DNA from: Actinomycetota bacterium
GTDB taxonomy: Bacteria; Actinomycetota; Acidimicrobiia; Acidimicrobiales; Ilumatobacteraceae
Direction of reading: 5' to 3'
DNA length: 38,439 nucleotides
NCBI GenBank assembly: GCA_041159045.1
Contig: JBEBAF010000013.1
Span: forward strand, 1-38,439
Part shown: one piece after another, positions 1 to 9,171 of the stretch
Position numbering within the stretch: the first letter of the stretch is position 1
Layout of the letters: each line of letters opens with the position of its first letter
Program-made: the position numbers and the translations under genes
Notes under the pieces: generated by a model
Seen by the model: the letters and a program-made list of their open reading frames with translations, nothing else
The model's database searches: none
What the model was told of the DNA's origin: nothing

Positions 1-2539
1 CCGGGAAACTGATCGTCGGTGCGTGGAAGCCGTGGTCGATGAGTCGCTTCGCTACGTCATCGACGGAAACGCCGGTCGACTTGGCCAAGGGGCGCAGGTC
101 GAGGATGCACTCGTGGGCAACCAGGCCGCCGTTTCCGCGGTACAGAACCGGGAAAGCATCGGCCAACCGTGTTGCGACGTAGTTGGCGTTGAGGATTGCA
201 CGTTGCGTGGCGCGTCGAAGGCCGGCACCACCCATCATCGCGATGTACATCCACGGAATCGGAAGAATGCACGCCGATCCGAACGGTGCGGCGGCGACCG
301 GTCCGACGGCGGCTTCAACCTTCACGTGCGGGCGATTGAAATTGACCGCAGCGGGAAGGAAAGGTTCCAGATGCGCGCGAACCGCCACCGGGCCAACGCC
401 CGGGCCGCCACCGCCGTGGGGGATACAGAAGGTCTTGTGCAGATTCAAGTGGCTGACATCGGCACCGAACTTTCCCGGCTTCGCGAGTCCGACCAGCGCG
501 TTGAGGTTCGCGCCGTCGACGTACACCTGTCCGCCCGCATCGTGCACCATGGCGCAGATGTCGACGATGGCTTCTTCGAACACGCCGTGCGTCGAGGGAT
601 ACGTGACCATCAACGCGGCGAGCCGATCGCCCGCAATCGTGATTTGCTCGCGCAGATCGGCGACATCAACGTTGCCGAGTTCGTCGCACTTCACGACGAC
701 GACTTTCATGCCGGCCATGACGGCACTGGCTGCGTTCGTTCCGTGTGCTGAAGAAGGTATGAGGCACACATCGCGTTGCAGATCGCCGCGCGAACGGTGG
801 TAGCCACGAATCGCGAGAAGTCCGGCGAATTCCCCCTGGCTGCCTGCGTTCGGTTGGAGGCTGATCGAGTCGTAACCGGTTGCCTCGCAGAGCCAATCTT
901 CGAGCTCGGCGATCATCTCTCGCGAGCCCACGTGCGTCTCGTCAGGGGCGAACGGGTGAAGGTTGGCGAACTCGGGCCACGTGATGGGGAACATCTCGGA
1001 CGTTGCGTTGAGCTTCATGGTGCACGATCCGAGGGGGATCATGGTTCGGTCGAGTGCCAGATCCTTGTCGGCGAGTCGTCGGAGGTAGCGCAGCATTTCG
1101 TGTTCGGTGCGGTACGCCGTGAAGGCGCGATGTTCGAGGAATCTGTCGTTGCGCGGCTCACCGAGCGGACTGTCGACGTGTGTGCCCCAAAGGTCGTCGA
1201 CCTGGTCGGCGCAGCCGAAGAAGCCGGCGAGCGTCGTGATGTCGTCGCGTGTCATCGTTTCGTCGATCGAAATACCAACGCGATCGCTTTCGGTGTGTCG
1301 CAGGAACCAACCCTCGTTGCGGGCGATGCGAATGATCACGTCGGCATCGCCGCGCGGGTCGACGGTCAAGGTGTCGAACCAATTGCGGTTGATGACCTCG
1401 TGTCCTGCGTTCGAGAGAGCCGTTGCAAGAACCGTTGTGTAGGCGTGAACCCGTGAGGCGATGTGAACCAAACCCTCGCGACCGTGCCAACTGGCGTAGA
1501 AGCCCGCGATATTGGCCAACAACACCTGAGCGGTGCAGATGTTCGATGTGGCTTTCTCGCGACGGATGTGTTGCTCGCGTGTCTGCAATGCGAGACGAAG
1601 AGCAGGCCGACCTTGCGTGTCGACGCTGACTCCGACGAGTCGGCCGGGAAGGGATCGCGCGTGCGTGTCGCGGGTTGCAAGGAAGGCGGCGTGTGGACCG
1701 CCCATGCCCATGGGCACGCCGAAGCGCTGCGAAGTTCCGACGGCAGCATCGAAACCGAGTTGGCCCGGGGGAGTGAGAAGACAGTGCGCCAACAGATCGA
1801 CTGCGGCGATGGCGAATCCACCCGTTGTGTGCACGTCGTCGACGAACCGACGAAGACGTTCGGGCGAGTGGACGCCGCCGGAAAGCCCGGGCGTCGACAC
1901 GAGAGCGCCGAACGGGGCGACATTGGACACCTCATCGAGAGAACCGACATGGATGCTGATGCCGAGAGGCTCGGCGCGAGTTTGAAGAACCGCGAGGGTC
2001 TGGGGGAGAACATCGGACTCGACGAAGAAGACGTCGGAGTCGTTCTTCGACACTCGGTGTGCCATCGTCATGGCCTCTGCCGCTGCGGTTGCTTCGTCGA
2101 GCAACGACGCGTTCGACAGGTCGAATCCGGTGATCTCGCTCACCATGGTTTGGAAATTCAGCAGCGCTTCGAGCCGTCCCTGTGAGATTTCCGGTTGATA
2201 GGGCGTGTACGCCGTGTACCAACCGGGGTTTTCGAGCACGTTGCGTTGGATGACTGGCGGAGTGATGGTTCCGAAGTAGCCCATGCCAATAGCGCTACGG
2301 CCAACTTCGTTCTTCGCTGCGTATTCGCGCAGATCTGCCAGTGCGCGCTGTTCGGACCGGGCCTCATCGATCGAAAGACCTTCTGTGAGGGCGATGGCAG
2401 CGGGCACCGTTTTGGTGTTCAGTTCATCGACATCGGCGATACCGATGGCTTGAAGCATCGCGATTTCGTCGGCCGCCGAGTGCGACATGTGGCGGTGCTC
2501 GAACTTCTCTTCGCCGAATTCTGCCGGTGACAGGTGCAT
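1..2539 (-). CDS. gcvP: glycine dehydrogenase (decarboxylating), glycine-cleavage P protein, single-chain form; 3' end runs off the left window edge
   Basis: Absent from the supplied ORF track because it is open-ended. My minus-strand translation from the ATG at 2539 gives [33 protein letters not shown]...[35 protein letters not shown]. Further in it gives [19 protein letters not shown], the PLP-lysine motif of GcvP. No listed minus-strand ORF shares this frame between 1 and 2539, consistent with one uninterrupted reading frame. Confidence 0.9.
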   Translation of the reverse strand, partial: MHLSPAEFGEEKFEHRHMSHSAADEIAMLQAIGIADVDELNTKTVPAAIALTEGLSIDEARSEQRALADLREYAAKNEVGRSAIGMGYFGTITPPVIQRNVLENPGWYTAYTPYQPEISQGRLEALLNFQTMVSEITGFDLSNASLLDEATAAAEAMTMAHRVSKNDSDVFFVESDVLPQTLAVLQTRAEPLGISIHVGSLDEVSNVAPFGALVSTPGLSGGVHSPERLRRFVDDVHTTGGFAIAAVDLLAHCLLTPPGQLGFDAAVGTSQRFGVPMGMGGPHAAFLATRDTHARSLPGRLVGVSVDTQGRPALRLALQTREQHIRREKATSNICTAQVLLANIAGFYASWHGREGLVHIASRVHAYTTVLATALSNAGHEVINRNWFDTLTVDPRGDADVIIRIARNEGWFLRHTESDRVGISIDETMTRDDITTLAGFFGCADQVDDLWGTHVDSPLGEPRNDRFLEHRAFTAYRTEHEMLRYLRRLADKDLALDRTMIPLGSCTMKLNATSEMFPITWPEFANLHPFAPDETHVGSREMIAELEDWLCEATGYDSISLQPNAGSQGEFAGLLAIRGYHRSRGDLQRDVCLIPSSAHGTNAASAVMAGMKVVVVKCDELGNVDVADLREQITIAGDRLAALMVTYPSTHGVFEEAIVDICAMVHDAGGQVYVDGANLNALVGLAKPGKFGADVSHLNLHKTFCIPHGGGGPGVGPVAVRAHLEPFLPAAVNFNRPHVKVEAAVGPVAAAPFGSACILPIPWMYIAMMGGAGLRRATQRAILNANYVATRLADAFPVLYRGNGGLVAHECILDLRPLAKSTGVSVDDVAKRLIDHGFHAPTISFP

Positions 2540-2559
2540 GACATCTCCTCGTCGGGATG

Positions 2560-2725
2560 CCCCAGCTGTCTTCTGTACCTGAGAGCTTCGCGGAGGATCC
2601 GCTTTCTCCTTCGGCGGGAGGCGAGCCTCCGCTTTCCAGCTTGTGGTTCTCGACGGTTCGTTTGCCTGAGAGATTCCGGGGCGGTTGCTCCTTCGGCGGC
2701 CGGCAAGCCGGCTCTCTCCCGAGCG
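2560..2725 (-). promoter_or_regulatory. tandem (two-aptamer) glycine riboswitch in the gcvP 5' leader
   Basis: The reverse complement reads ctcGGGAGAGagccggcttgccggcCGCCGAAGGAGCAAccgccccggaatCTCTCAGGCAAAcgaaccgtcgag (aptamer 1, about 2649-2723). After a short linker it reads ctGGAAAGcggaggctcgcctccCGCCGAAGGAGAAAgcggatcctccgcgaagCTCTCAGGtacagaagacag (aptamer 2, about 2560-2639). These match the conserved GGAGAG...CCGAAGGxGCAA...CUCAGG cores of the glycine riboswitch, which typically precedes gcv genes. A GGAG Shine-Dalgarno follows, just before the ATG. Confidence 0.85.
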
Positions 2726-2783
2726 AGAGTTCAGTTGTGAAGATGAAACTACACGGTGCGAAGAGGCCGCGATGTGTCCGGCG

Positions 2784-3935
2784 CTACTTTCGTTTTGCCC
2801 GTTCGTCTTCGTATGCGGCAATTGCGGTGAGCTGCGCTCCGAGGGTTGAATCAACCCACCGCGATCCGGCAGCGATGATCTTGTCGTAGCTGGCCTGTGG
2901 GGCTTCGAGTTGGCCCTGGAAGCGGGGCATCACGTATTCGGCAAAGAGTTCGTAGCTGCGCTTCGTCGCGGGCCAATCAGCAAGGTCGGCTCCGAGGAAC
3001 AGATATGCACCGAATCCGCCGGTCTTTTCGTCGAGGCGTTGCAATTGTTCGATCGCCATGTCGGGCGTGCCGATGACCATCCGTCCCGACTCATTTGCGA
3101 AATCAACGAAGTCGTCGAAGTCGGTGGGCGGGGCGTCGCTGGGATCGCCGACGGGGATGATGTGCGACAGATACTCGAACACCCACTGCAGGCCGTAGCG
3201 GCAATTTTCACGCGCCTGCTTTTCGGTTTCGGCGATGTGCATGGGGCCCATGAGGCGCCAATCGCTGCGGTTCGCAACGTGGCCGTTCAGCGCTGCCTCT
3301 TCCTGCCACACGTTGAAGTTGTAATCGAGCACTTGGAATGCGGCCGGCTCGGTGGCGGCAATCGAGAGAAGCCCTGTGCCATAGCGTCCTGCCAGTTTCG
3401 AGCCTGACGGCGAGATGGAGGATGCGACGGCAACGGAGAAGTTCGAATACGGCTTCATCTGCAGAACGGCCTCTTCGCAGATGAACCAATCGGTGTGTTT
3501 GGTCACCGTTTCGCCACGGAACAAGCGCATGATCACGTCGAATGACTCTTCCATCCGCGGGCGTTGGCGTTCGGGCGGAATTCCGAGCATTGCTGCGTCG
3601 CTGGTGAGCTGGCCCGGCCCTGCCCCGAACATCATGCGACCGCGTGTCAGGTGATCGAGCATGACGATGCGATCGGCGAGTATCAACGGGTGATGGTAGG
3701 GAAGTGAGTTGACTCCCGTACCAAGTTTGATGCGCGAGGTGCGTTGCGCGGCAGCAGCGATGAAAACTTCGGGTGAGGCGATGAGTTCGGAACCGGCGCT
3801 GTGATGTTCGCCGATCCATGCCTCGTCATAACCGAGCTTGTCGAGCCATTCGACGAGTTCGAGGTCGCGATGCAACAACAACGTCGGGTTGATCCCGGTG
3901 CGGTGCATGGGCGGGAGGAAGATGCCGAATCTCAT
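2784..3935 (-). CDS. LLM-class (luciferase-like) flavin-dependent monooxygenase/oxidoreductase
   Basis: ORF 2784..4016. [11 protein letters not shown]...[14 protein letters not shown]...[13 protein letters not shown] is the typical N-terminal TIM-barrel signature of bacterial luciferase-like monooxygenases. I chose Met28 (3935) as the start because family members begin at MRFGIF. It also avoids a 58-nt overlap with the upstream gene, which ends at 3959. The longer start at 4016 is possible. Confidence 0.8.
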   Translation of the reverse strand: MRFGIFLPPMHRTGINPTLLLHRDLELVEWLDKLGYDEAWIGEHHSAGSELIASPEVFIAAAAQRTSRIKLGTGVNSLPYHHPLILADRIVMLDHLTRGRMMFGAGPGQLTSDAAMLGIPPERQRPRMEESFDVIMRLFRGETVTKHTDWFICEEAVLQMKPYSNFSVAVASSISPSGSKLAGRYGTGLLSIAATEPAAFQVLDYNFNVWQEEAALNGHVANRSDWRLMGPMHIAETEKQARENCRYGLQWVFEYLSHIIPVGDPSDAPPTDFDDFVDFANESGRMVIGTPDMAIEQLQRLDEKTGGFGAYLFLGADLADWPATKRSYELFAEYVMPRFQGQLEAPQASYDKIIAAGSRWVDSTLGAQLTAIAAYEDERAKRK

Positions 3936-3958
3936 GGTGTCATTTCTAGTTGAGGGAA

Positions 3959-5176
3959 TCAGTCGATCGTTCCATATGCGTCGCCGCTGGTGGTCTGTAC
4001 CGAGCGTCTCTGACACTCGACCACCGCAAGCCGCAGATCGCGAACGAAGTCGTCGACAACGAGGTCATGCCCGGCGCTGATGGTCATGTGGATCGAAGGC
4101 GGCGGACCCTGGCGGTCGACGAACCATCCCTTGTCGCGCAGTAGGTCGGCCACCGCGTGAACCGGAACGGCCGCATCGTGTGAGCCGATCGCCAGCAACG
4201 TTGAGTCGGGTTTCGTCATGACGAAAAGGGGAGATGTGCCGTTGATCGCGTCGACGAGCGCCAGGGTGGTGGTGCGGGCGCGGACTGCAAGCTCGCGGTA
4301 GCCATCGACACCGAAGTGCGCGATCATCGCAAAAGCCGAGGCGATTGGGCCGCCGCTCTTTGTGCCGAGAATTCCCGAGCTGCCGTACAGACCGCCGAGC
4401 CAGTTGTCGGTGATGAAAGTCTGAGAGTTCCGCAGTTCTTTGGTGCGGTAGATGATGACCCCCGCACCTTTCGCTGAATATCCGTACTTGTGCATGTCGA
4501 CTGACATCGACGTAACACCCGGCACCGAGAAATTCCACGACGTCGGATGATCGATGAAGGGGAGGATCATCCCGCCGATGCAGGCATCGACATGCAACGG
4601 AACCCGACGGGCGAATGCCACGTCGCCGAGCTCGACAATCGGATCGATGACCCCCTGGGGGTACTGCGGGGCCGAGCCGACGATCAGAACCGTGTTGTCG
4701 TCGATTGCGGCCTCGACCGCCGACACATCGGCACGCCAATCCGTGCCGACCGCGATGCGCCGACTTTCGATGCCGAAATAACTGCAGGCCTTTTCGAAAG
4801 CGGCGTGAGCCGACGTTGGCAGCACGATGTTCGGGCGGGTGATCTCGGGCCGCCGCTGACGGGCGGCGTAGGACACGAGGAGAAGGCTTTCGGTGCCGCC
4901 CGAGGTGAAGAAACCGGCTGTCGGGTCGGGCGCCTCGAGGAGGCCACCGACGAAACGCACCACGTCGCCCTGCATCTTTCGAAGGCTGGGAAACGCCTCG
5001 ACGTTCAGGGCGTTCTCGCCGGCGTACAAGCGATACGCGGCCTCGGACAAAGCCAGCGCCTCGGCGGACGAAACGTACGCCAGGCTGAATGCGCGTCCTG
5101 AACGCCAGTCCACATCGTGAGCGCGCAAAGATTCGAGTTCCGCCAGGATCTCGGCCGGCGGTCTTTTACGGCTCAT
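3959..5176 (-). CDS. PLP-dependent group II decarboxylase / sphingosine-1-phosphate-lyase-like enzyme
   Basis: ORF of 405 aa. It contains FTSGGTESLLL, HVDACIGG and the PLP-lysine context SVDMHKYGYSAKG, typical of the group II decarboxylase / S1P lyase fold-type I family. A TACTCT hexamer lies 6 nt upstream of the ATG. Confidence 0.8.
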   Translation of the reverse strand: MSRKRPPAEILAELESLRAHDVDWRSGRAFSLAYVSSAEALALSEAAYRLYAGENALNVEAFPSLRKMQGDVVRFVGGLLEAPDPTAGFFTSGGTESLLLVSYAARQRRPEITRPNIVLPTSAHAAFEKACSYFGIESRRIAVGTDWRADVSAVEAAIDDNTVLIVGSAPQYPQGVIDPIVELGDVAFARRVPLHVDACIGGMILPFIDHPTSWNFSVPGVTSMSVDMHKYGYSAKGAGVIIYRTKELRNSQTFITDNWLGGLYGSSGILGTKSGGPIASAFAMIAHFGVDGYRELAVRARTTTLALVDAINGTSPLFVMTKPDSTLLAIGSHDAAVPVHAVADLLRDKGWFVDRQGPPPSIHMTISAGHDLVVDDFVRDLRLAVVECQRRSVQTTSGDAYGTID

Positions 5177-5257
5177 CGGCGCAGAGTAGTGCCGAACGTG
5201 GCGAACCCCAGGAAACCCTTACACCAATTGTCCCTGACGAATATTACATAAGATCTA

Positions 5258-5650
5258 TTATGGGCGTAGTCGAACGGAATCCAGGGGGTCGGCGCAGTCA
5301 AGAATCCACCGCAGCATGTCCGCGAGTTCGGTGGCAGTTGGCTTCTTCGCGGCCTCGAGATCTCGACGCACGTCGTGCACCGCGCAGGCCAGCACGTAGA
5401 GCGCATCGTGCAGGTCGTTCAGTTCGCTTCGCGTGAGAACCAGCTGATCTTCCGACAGTTGCAAATCGCGCGCCCGTTGGCGTGCAACCCAGTCCCATTG
5501 TCGGCACGCCTGTGAGCAGAATTGCCGCGGTCTGCCGGGTCCCGTGGGCTGCGCAACGGCGCGTCGGCACCACCGGCACCGGGCGTCGGATCGTGGGGTC
5601 TCGAGGCCTTCCAACTCCTGCTGTCGTGGTGTGGGACGTGATTTCGTCAT
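5258..5650 (-). CDS. small basic Cys4 (zinc-ribbon-like) protein, function unknown
   Basis: ORF 5258..5794, trimmed to Met49 (MTKSRPTPRQQ...). A CATAAT hexamer sits 6 nt upstream of that ATG, and the upstream extension is low-quality sequence overlapping the ltaE start region. The Cys pattern is CRWC-x19-C-x3-C (FCSQACRQWDW) followed by an Arg-rich helix. Confidence 0.55.
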   Translation of the reverse strand: MTKSRPTPRQQELEGLETPRSDARCRWCRRAVAQPTGPGRPRQFCSQACRQWDWVARQRARDLQLSEDQLVLTRSELNDLHDALYVLACAVHDVRRDLEAAKKPTATELADMLRWILDCADPLDSVRLRP

Positions 5651-5696
5651 GACGAAATTATGCGTCAAAAAGGGACCGTCATGTGAGAATGCTTCC

Positions 5697-6758
5697 ATGA
5701 CGCAATCTCGTCGATCTTTCGCCAGCGACAATTTCGCCGGAGCACACCCTGATGTTGTTGCTGCCATCGCTGCCGCAAACGTCGGCCACGCCATGGCATA
5801 TGGCGACGACGAAATCTCCCGCCGTGTCTATGCGAAGTTCGACGAGTTGTTCGGTTCGGGCACGCGTACGTTCTTCGTCTTCGGTGGTACGGGTGGAAAT
5901 GTTGCGGCGCTCAGTTCCTTGGCGGGGCCGGGTGACGCCGTGGTGTGCACTCAGTGGTCGCACATCCATGTCGACGAGACTGCCGCGCCCGAGCGCGCAG
6001 GATTGAAGCTTCTCCCCTTTGCCAGCGTCGACGGAAAGTTGCGGGTTGAAGATCTGGACGCCGCTGCGGGTTGGCTCGGTTCCCAGCATCACGCACAGCC
6101 ACGCATCGTTTCTCTCACGCAGCCCACCGAGATGGGCACGTTGTACACCGTCGACGAGGTCACTCGGTTGTGTCGACGCGCTCACGAACTCGGCATGGTC
6201 GTTCACATGGACGGTGCGCGCATCGCGAATGCAACGTCTGCGCTCGGTGGCATCGATGCTCTGCGGTCGTTCACCATCGACGCCGGTGTCGATGTCCTCA
6301 CCTTCGGTGGCACGAAGAACGGTCTCGTTTTCGGCGAAGCGATTCTGTACTTCCCTCAATCCGGAAGTCCGGTTGTCGAGCGGGCGGTTGCGTACGCGCC
6401 ATGGGCTCGCAAGCAAACAACGCAGCTGCCGTCGAAGGCTCGGTTCGTCGCCGCGCAGTTTGCCGCAGCACTCGATTCCGGCCTGTGGGTTGAGTTGGGG
6501 CGGCGGTCGAACGCGGCGGCACGGAAGTTGTTCGACCAGGTAAGCGACATCGGGTCTCTGGGGCTGGCCACTCCCCCCGCGGTGAACAGCCTCTACCCCG
6601 TGGTCCCCGAGCCACACGCCACGACCTTGCGCGAGGTGAGTTTCTTCTGGCCGTGGGATCCGGCCACCCACCGTGTCCGTTGGATGACCTCCTGGGACAC
6701 CACAGATGACGACGTTTCAACCTTTGCCCATGAGGTCCGAAAAACTTTTTGTCAATAA
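5697..6758 (+). CDS. ltaE: low-specificity L-threonine aldolase (beta-eliminating lyase family, PLP)
   Basis: ORF 5544..6758, trimmed to Met52. MTQSRRSFASDNFAGAHPDV...FVFGGTGGNVAAL...HMDGARIANA...TFGGTKNG are the family hallmarks SDN, GGTxxN, DGAR and GGTK (PLP lysine). Confidence 0.85.
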   Translation: MTQSRRSFASDNFAGAHPDVVAAIAAANVGHAMAYGDDEISRRVYAKFDELFGSGTRTFFVFGGTGGNVAALSSLAGPGDAVVCTQWSHIHVDETAAPERAGLKLLPFASVDGKLRVEDLDAAAGWLGSQHHAQPRIVSLTQPTEMGTLYTVDEVTRLCRRAHELGMVVHMDGARIANATSALGGIDALRSFTIDAGVDVLTFGGTKNGLVFGEAILYFPQSGSPVVERAVAYAPWARKQTTQLPSKARFVAAQFAAALDSGLWVELGRRSNAAARKLFDQVSDIGSLGLATPPAVNSLYPVVPEPHATTLREVSFFWPWDPATHRVRWMTSWDTTDDDVSTFAHEVRKTFCQ

Positions 6759-6889
6759 TTGATCAACGAATTAGATCCCTGCTACGTTGGCGGGGTGGCG
6801 TTGCCTTTCCGGGTCCAAATGGTCAGCCGACTGGTCAGTCGGTAGGGGTACGCCGAGTTGAAGAAGCGATCGCGCAGTGGGGGCTTGTG

Positions 6890-7195
6890 ATGGTGGCAGT
6901 TGAAACGTATTCGCGGCGTGATTTCGCCGTCGAGAAGTGGATGAATGAGGGTGCGTGTCGCGGTCTCACTTCTGTCTTCTTCCCTCCCGCAGCAGAACGT
7001 CCCCAAGCCCGGATTCGCCGTGAGGCGATGGCTCGTACGGTGTGTATGGAGTGCAAAGTGCTCGAAACCTGTCGTTCGTTTGCTCGAGAGAATCATGAGT
7101 ACGGCTTTTGGGGCGGCGAATCCGAGGAAGAGCGTCATGCGGCCGGATTCCACCTCATCGCGCCGATTGGCGTACGCACGCGCGCTGCCGGCTGA
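6890..7195 (+). CDS. whiB: WhiB-family [4Fe-4S] transcription factor
   Basis: It has four Cys in the WhiB pattern, C-x29-C-x2-C-x5-C (ACRG...VCMECKVLETC), followed by the G[VIF]WGG turn (YGFWGGESEEER). The start is set at Met48 of ORF 6749..7195, giving about 22 aa before the first Cys with a conserved Trp retained. The GTG at 6887 is equally possible. Confidence 0.85.
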   Translation: MVAVETYSRRDFAVEKWMNEGACRGLTSVFFPPAAERPQARIRREAMARTVCMECKVLETCRSFARENHEYGFWGGESEEERHAAGFHLIAPIGVRTRAAG

Positions 7196-7236
7196 CCAGC
7201 GCTAGTCCAGTCGGATTGCCGACTAGAACTGTTGGC

Positions 7237-8307
7237 GTGGAGTCCGATCCTCGCGAAGTAGTCGATGCCGCTTGGTCGGGTCTCGGTGATTCACGAGATG
7301 TGGTTGATGTCGCGGAAATATCCGCGAATGTTTCGACCAACCGTGTTTATCGATTGACGCTCGACGATCACACGAGTGTCGTGTGCAAGGTCTCGTCGTA
7401 CGGCTCGTATTTTCTTTTTGCCGAGGACCACGATCGGCTCCACCGGTGTGCGAAGTTCCTTTCGACGAACCCCGAGACGCAGCGATGGGCGCCTTTCCTG
7501 GCAAACGTGCTCGAAAAGAATGGTCGTCCGTACACCTGGTACAACGGCTCGATCTGGGCGGTTTTCTATCAGGACGTTCCTCGTGCCGAGTCGCTGCCGA
7601 AGGTGTTGTCCGACGCGCAGGTCGAAAATCTGGGTCGCGAGATGGCCGAATTTCACGCGGCGTGTCAGCCGATGGCGAAGGCCCTGCCGCCAACCTCGAA
7701 CTCGGTCAAGGGCGACCTCATTCATTTGCTCGATCTTCTCGAGAGTCCATTCGCAACCCGCAACTTCGATCTCCTGCCCGAGGACGTTGGTGTTCTTCAT
7801 CGCGACACCCATCGCTTGCTCTTGCAATTCGAGGAGTTGCACTACGACGAATGGAATCGGATTCCCGTTCTCATCGACTGGAACCTCGGAAATTTTTCGG
7901 TCGTCTTCAACAACGCCGACGATTCGGGAGGGTTTCGACTTTTCAGTCGATGGGACTACGACTGGTTTCGGTTGGAGTCGCGAGTGTTCGACTTCTACTT
8001 CTTGTCGCGTGTCAGCAGCAGCACCGGTGACCGAACGACTTTCACGTACTCACCCCACACGATGCTCGAACCGCGTTTCGTCCGGTTCCTTTCCGCCTAC
8101 CACGAAGTCAACCCGTTGTCGGCCGAAGAGGTTGCATTCATACCGCTCGCGTATCGGTTTTTCCTTCTCAACTACGTGATACGCGAAGGCGCACGCTTTT
8201 TTCGCGACGACCTGTGCAGGCAGTTTCGCGAAGAAGTTGCGCGTCGCTATTTGCGGCAGGTCGGGGTTCTCGATTTTTCCCCGTTGCTACGGGCGTTGCA
8301 TCTCTAG
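7237..8307 (+). CDS. aminoglycoside-phosphotransferase-fold (APH/CotS-like) kinase family protein
   Basis: ORF 7108..8307. It has the kinase-fold catalytic loop variant LIDWNLGNF (D-x4-N) and a downstream WDYDW metal-binding-like motif. The N-terminal VYRLTL...VVCKV resembles the APH nucleotide-binding lobe. The start is set at the first in-frame GTG after the whiB stop (7195). There is no in-frame ATG until far downstream, so the start is uncertain. Confidence 0.65.
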   Translation: MESDPREVVDAAWSGLGDSRDVVDVAEISANVSTNRVYRLTLDDHTSVVCKVSSYGSYFLFAEDHDRLHRCAKFLSTNPETQRWAPFLANVLEKNGRPYTWYNGSIWAVFYQDVPRAESLPKVLSDAQVENLGREMAEFHAACQPMAKALPPTSNSVKGDLIHLLDLLESPFATRNFDLLPEDVGVLHRDTHRLLLQFEELHYDEWNRIPVLIDWNLGNFSVVFNNADDSGGFRLFSRWDYDWFRLESRVFDFYFLSRVSSSTGDRTTFTYSPHTMLEPRFVRFLSAYHEVNPLSAEEVAFIPLAYRFFLLNYVIREGARFFRDDLCRQFREEVARRYLRQVGVLDFSPLLRALHL

Positions 8308-9144
8308 GGCGAACCAGCCGTCGACTTCGAGAGAATTGACCAGATGCAGGCCTTGGGACTCGTAGGCGTGTTGGATGTCATGGCGTCGTGACTCCGTGAA
8401 TCCACTGAGAATCACGGCGCCACCGCCGGTGGCGACGCTTGCGGCGATTTTCGAACAGTCAGTCAGGAGAACCGGTGCAAGGATGTTCGCAAGAACAAGT
8501 TCGTAGGTTCCTGTCACGGTGTACACGTCGCCTTGCTCGATGACGAACCGCTCTCCTACTCCGTTCAGTTCTGCGTTGGAACGCGTGGCTTCAACGGCTG
8601 CGGGAGCGATGTCGATGGCAACGATGCGCGCGGAGTTTCGTAGAGCCATCGCGATGCCGAGAACGCCTGAACCGCATCCGAGATCGAGAACGCTCGAGCA
8701 GGTTTCGCCCCGTTCGCTGCGGGTCAGCGCCAGCCGCAATGTTGCGCGCGTCGTTGGATGGTCGCCCATGCCGAATGCGGCTCCCGGGTCAATGAGAACG
8801 TCGTTCTGTTCGCGTGTCGTTGTTGTCCATGCAGGAACGACACGGATCGATTCGAGATCGATCGGCACGACGTAGTCGCGCCATGTGTCGGTGACTGCGC
8901 GATCGATGAACATGACGGAAGCGAACCAATCTTCGGATCGCGCATCCACCGTGTCGAACATGCGCTCCAAAGCCTTCGCCCAATTGGTCATCGGATCGTC
9001 ACCCAATTCGGTGCGAAGTTCTCGCCGATCACCGCGGTCAACCTCTTCAACGGCCTGAGCACCGGCCTGCCACAACAGATCCGCGACGATCTCGACGTCG
9101 AGATGCGGCACGACGACGACGAGAATCGGTAGTCGATCAGTCAT
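8287..9144 (-). CDS. prmA: ribosomal protein L11 methyltransferase
   Basis: 285 aa. It contains IDPGAAFGMGDHPTTR (the PrmA hallmark GxGxHxTT) and the SAM motif I VLDLGCGSGVLGIA. Its 3' end overlaps the convergent kinase-like gene by 21 nt. Confidence 0.88.
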   Translation of the reverse strand: MTDRLPILVVVVPHLDVEIVADLLWQAGAQAVEEVDRGDRRELRTELGDDPMTNWAKALERMFDTVDARSEDWFASVMFIDRAVTDTWRDYVVPIDLESIRVVPAWTTTTREQNDVLIDPGAAFGMGDHPTTRATLRLALTRSERGETCSSVLDLGCGSGVLGIAMALRNSARIVAIDIAPAAVEATRSNAELNGVGERFVIEQGDVYTVTGTYELVLANILAPVLLTDCSKIAASVATGGGAVILSGFTESRRHDIQHAYESQGLHLVNSLEVDGWFALEMQRP

Positions 9145-9171
9145 TGAGAGAATCGCAGCCCATTGGGCGGC

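Noticed and set aside
23-2185. Long plus-strand ORFs (23..751, 776..1456, 1463..2185 and others) and several short minus-strand ORFs over the first 2.5 kb.
   Set aside because: They lie antisense to, or out of frame with, a clean open-ended gcvP reading frame on the minus strand. Their products are Arg/Gly/Val-rich shadow sequence typical of high-GC DNA.
8287-8307. 21-nt 3'-3' overlap of the convergent kinase-like gene and prmA, and a 4-nt convergent overlap of GDPD and lepB at 21315..21318.
   Set aside because: Short convergent overlaps are common in compact high-GC genomes. I see no additional structure or motif there.
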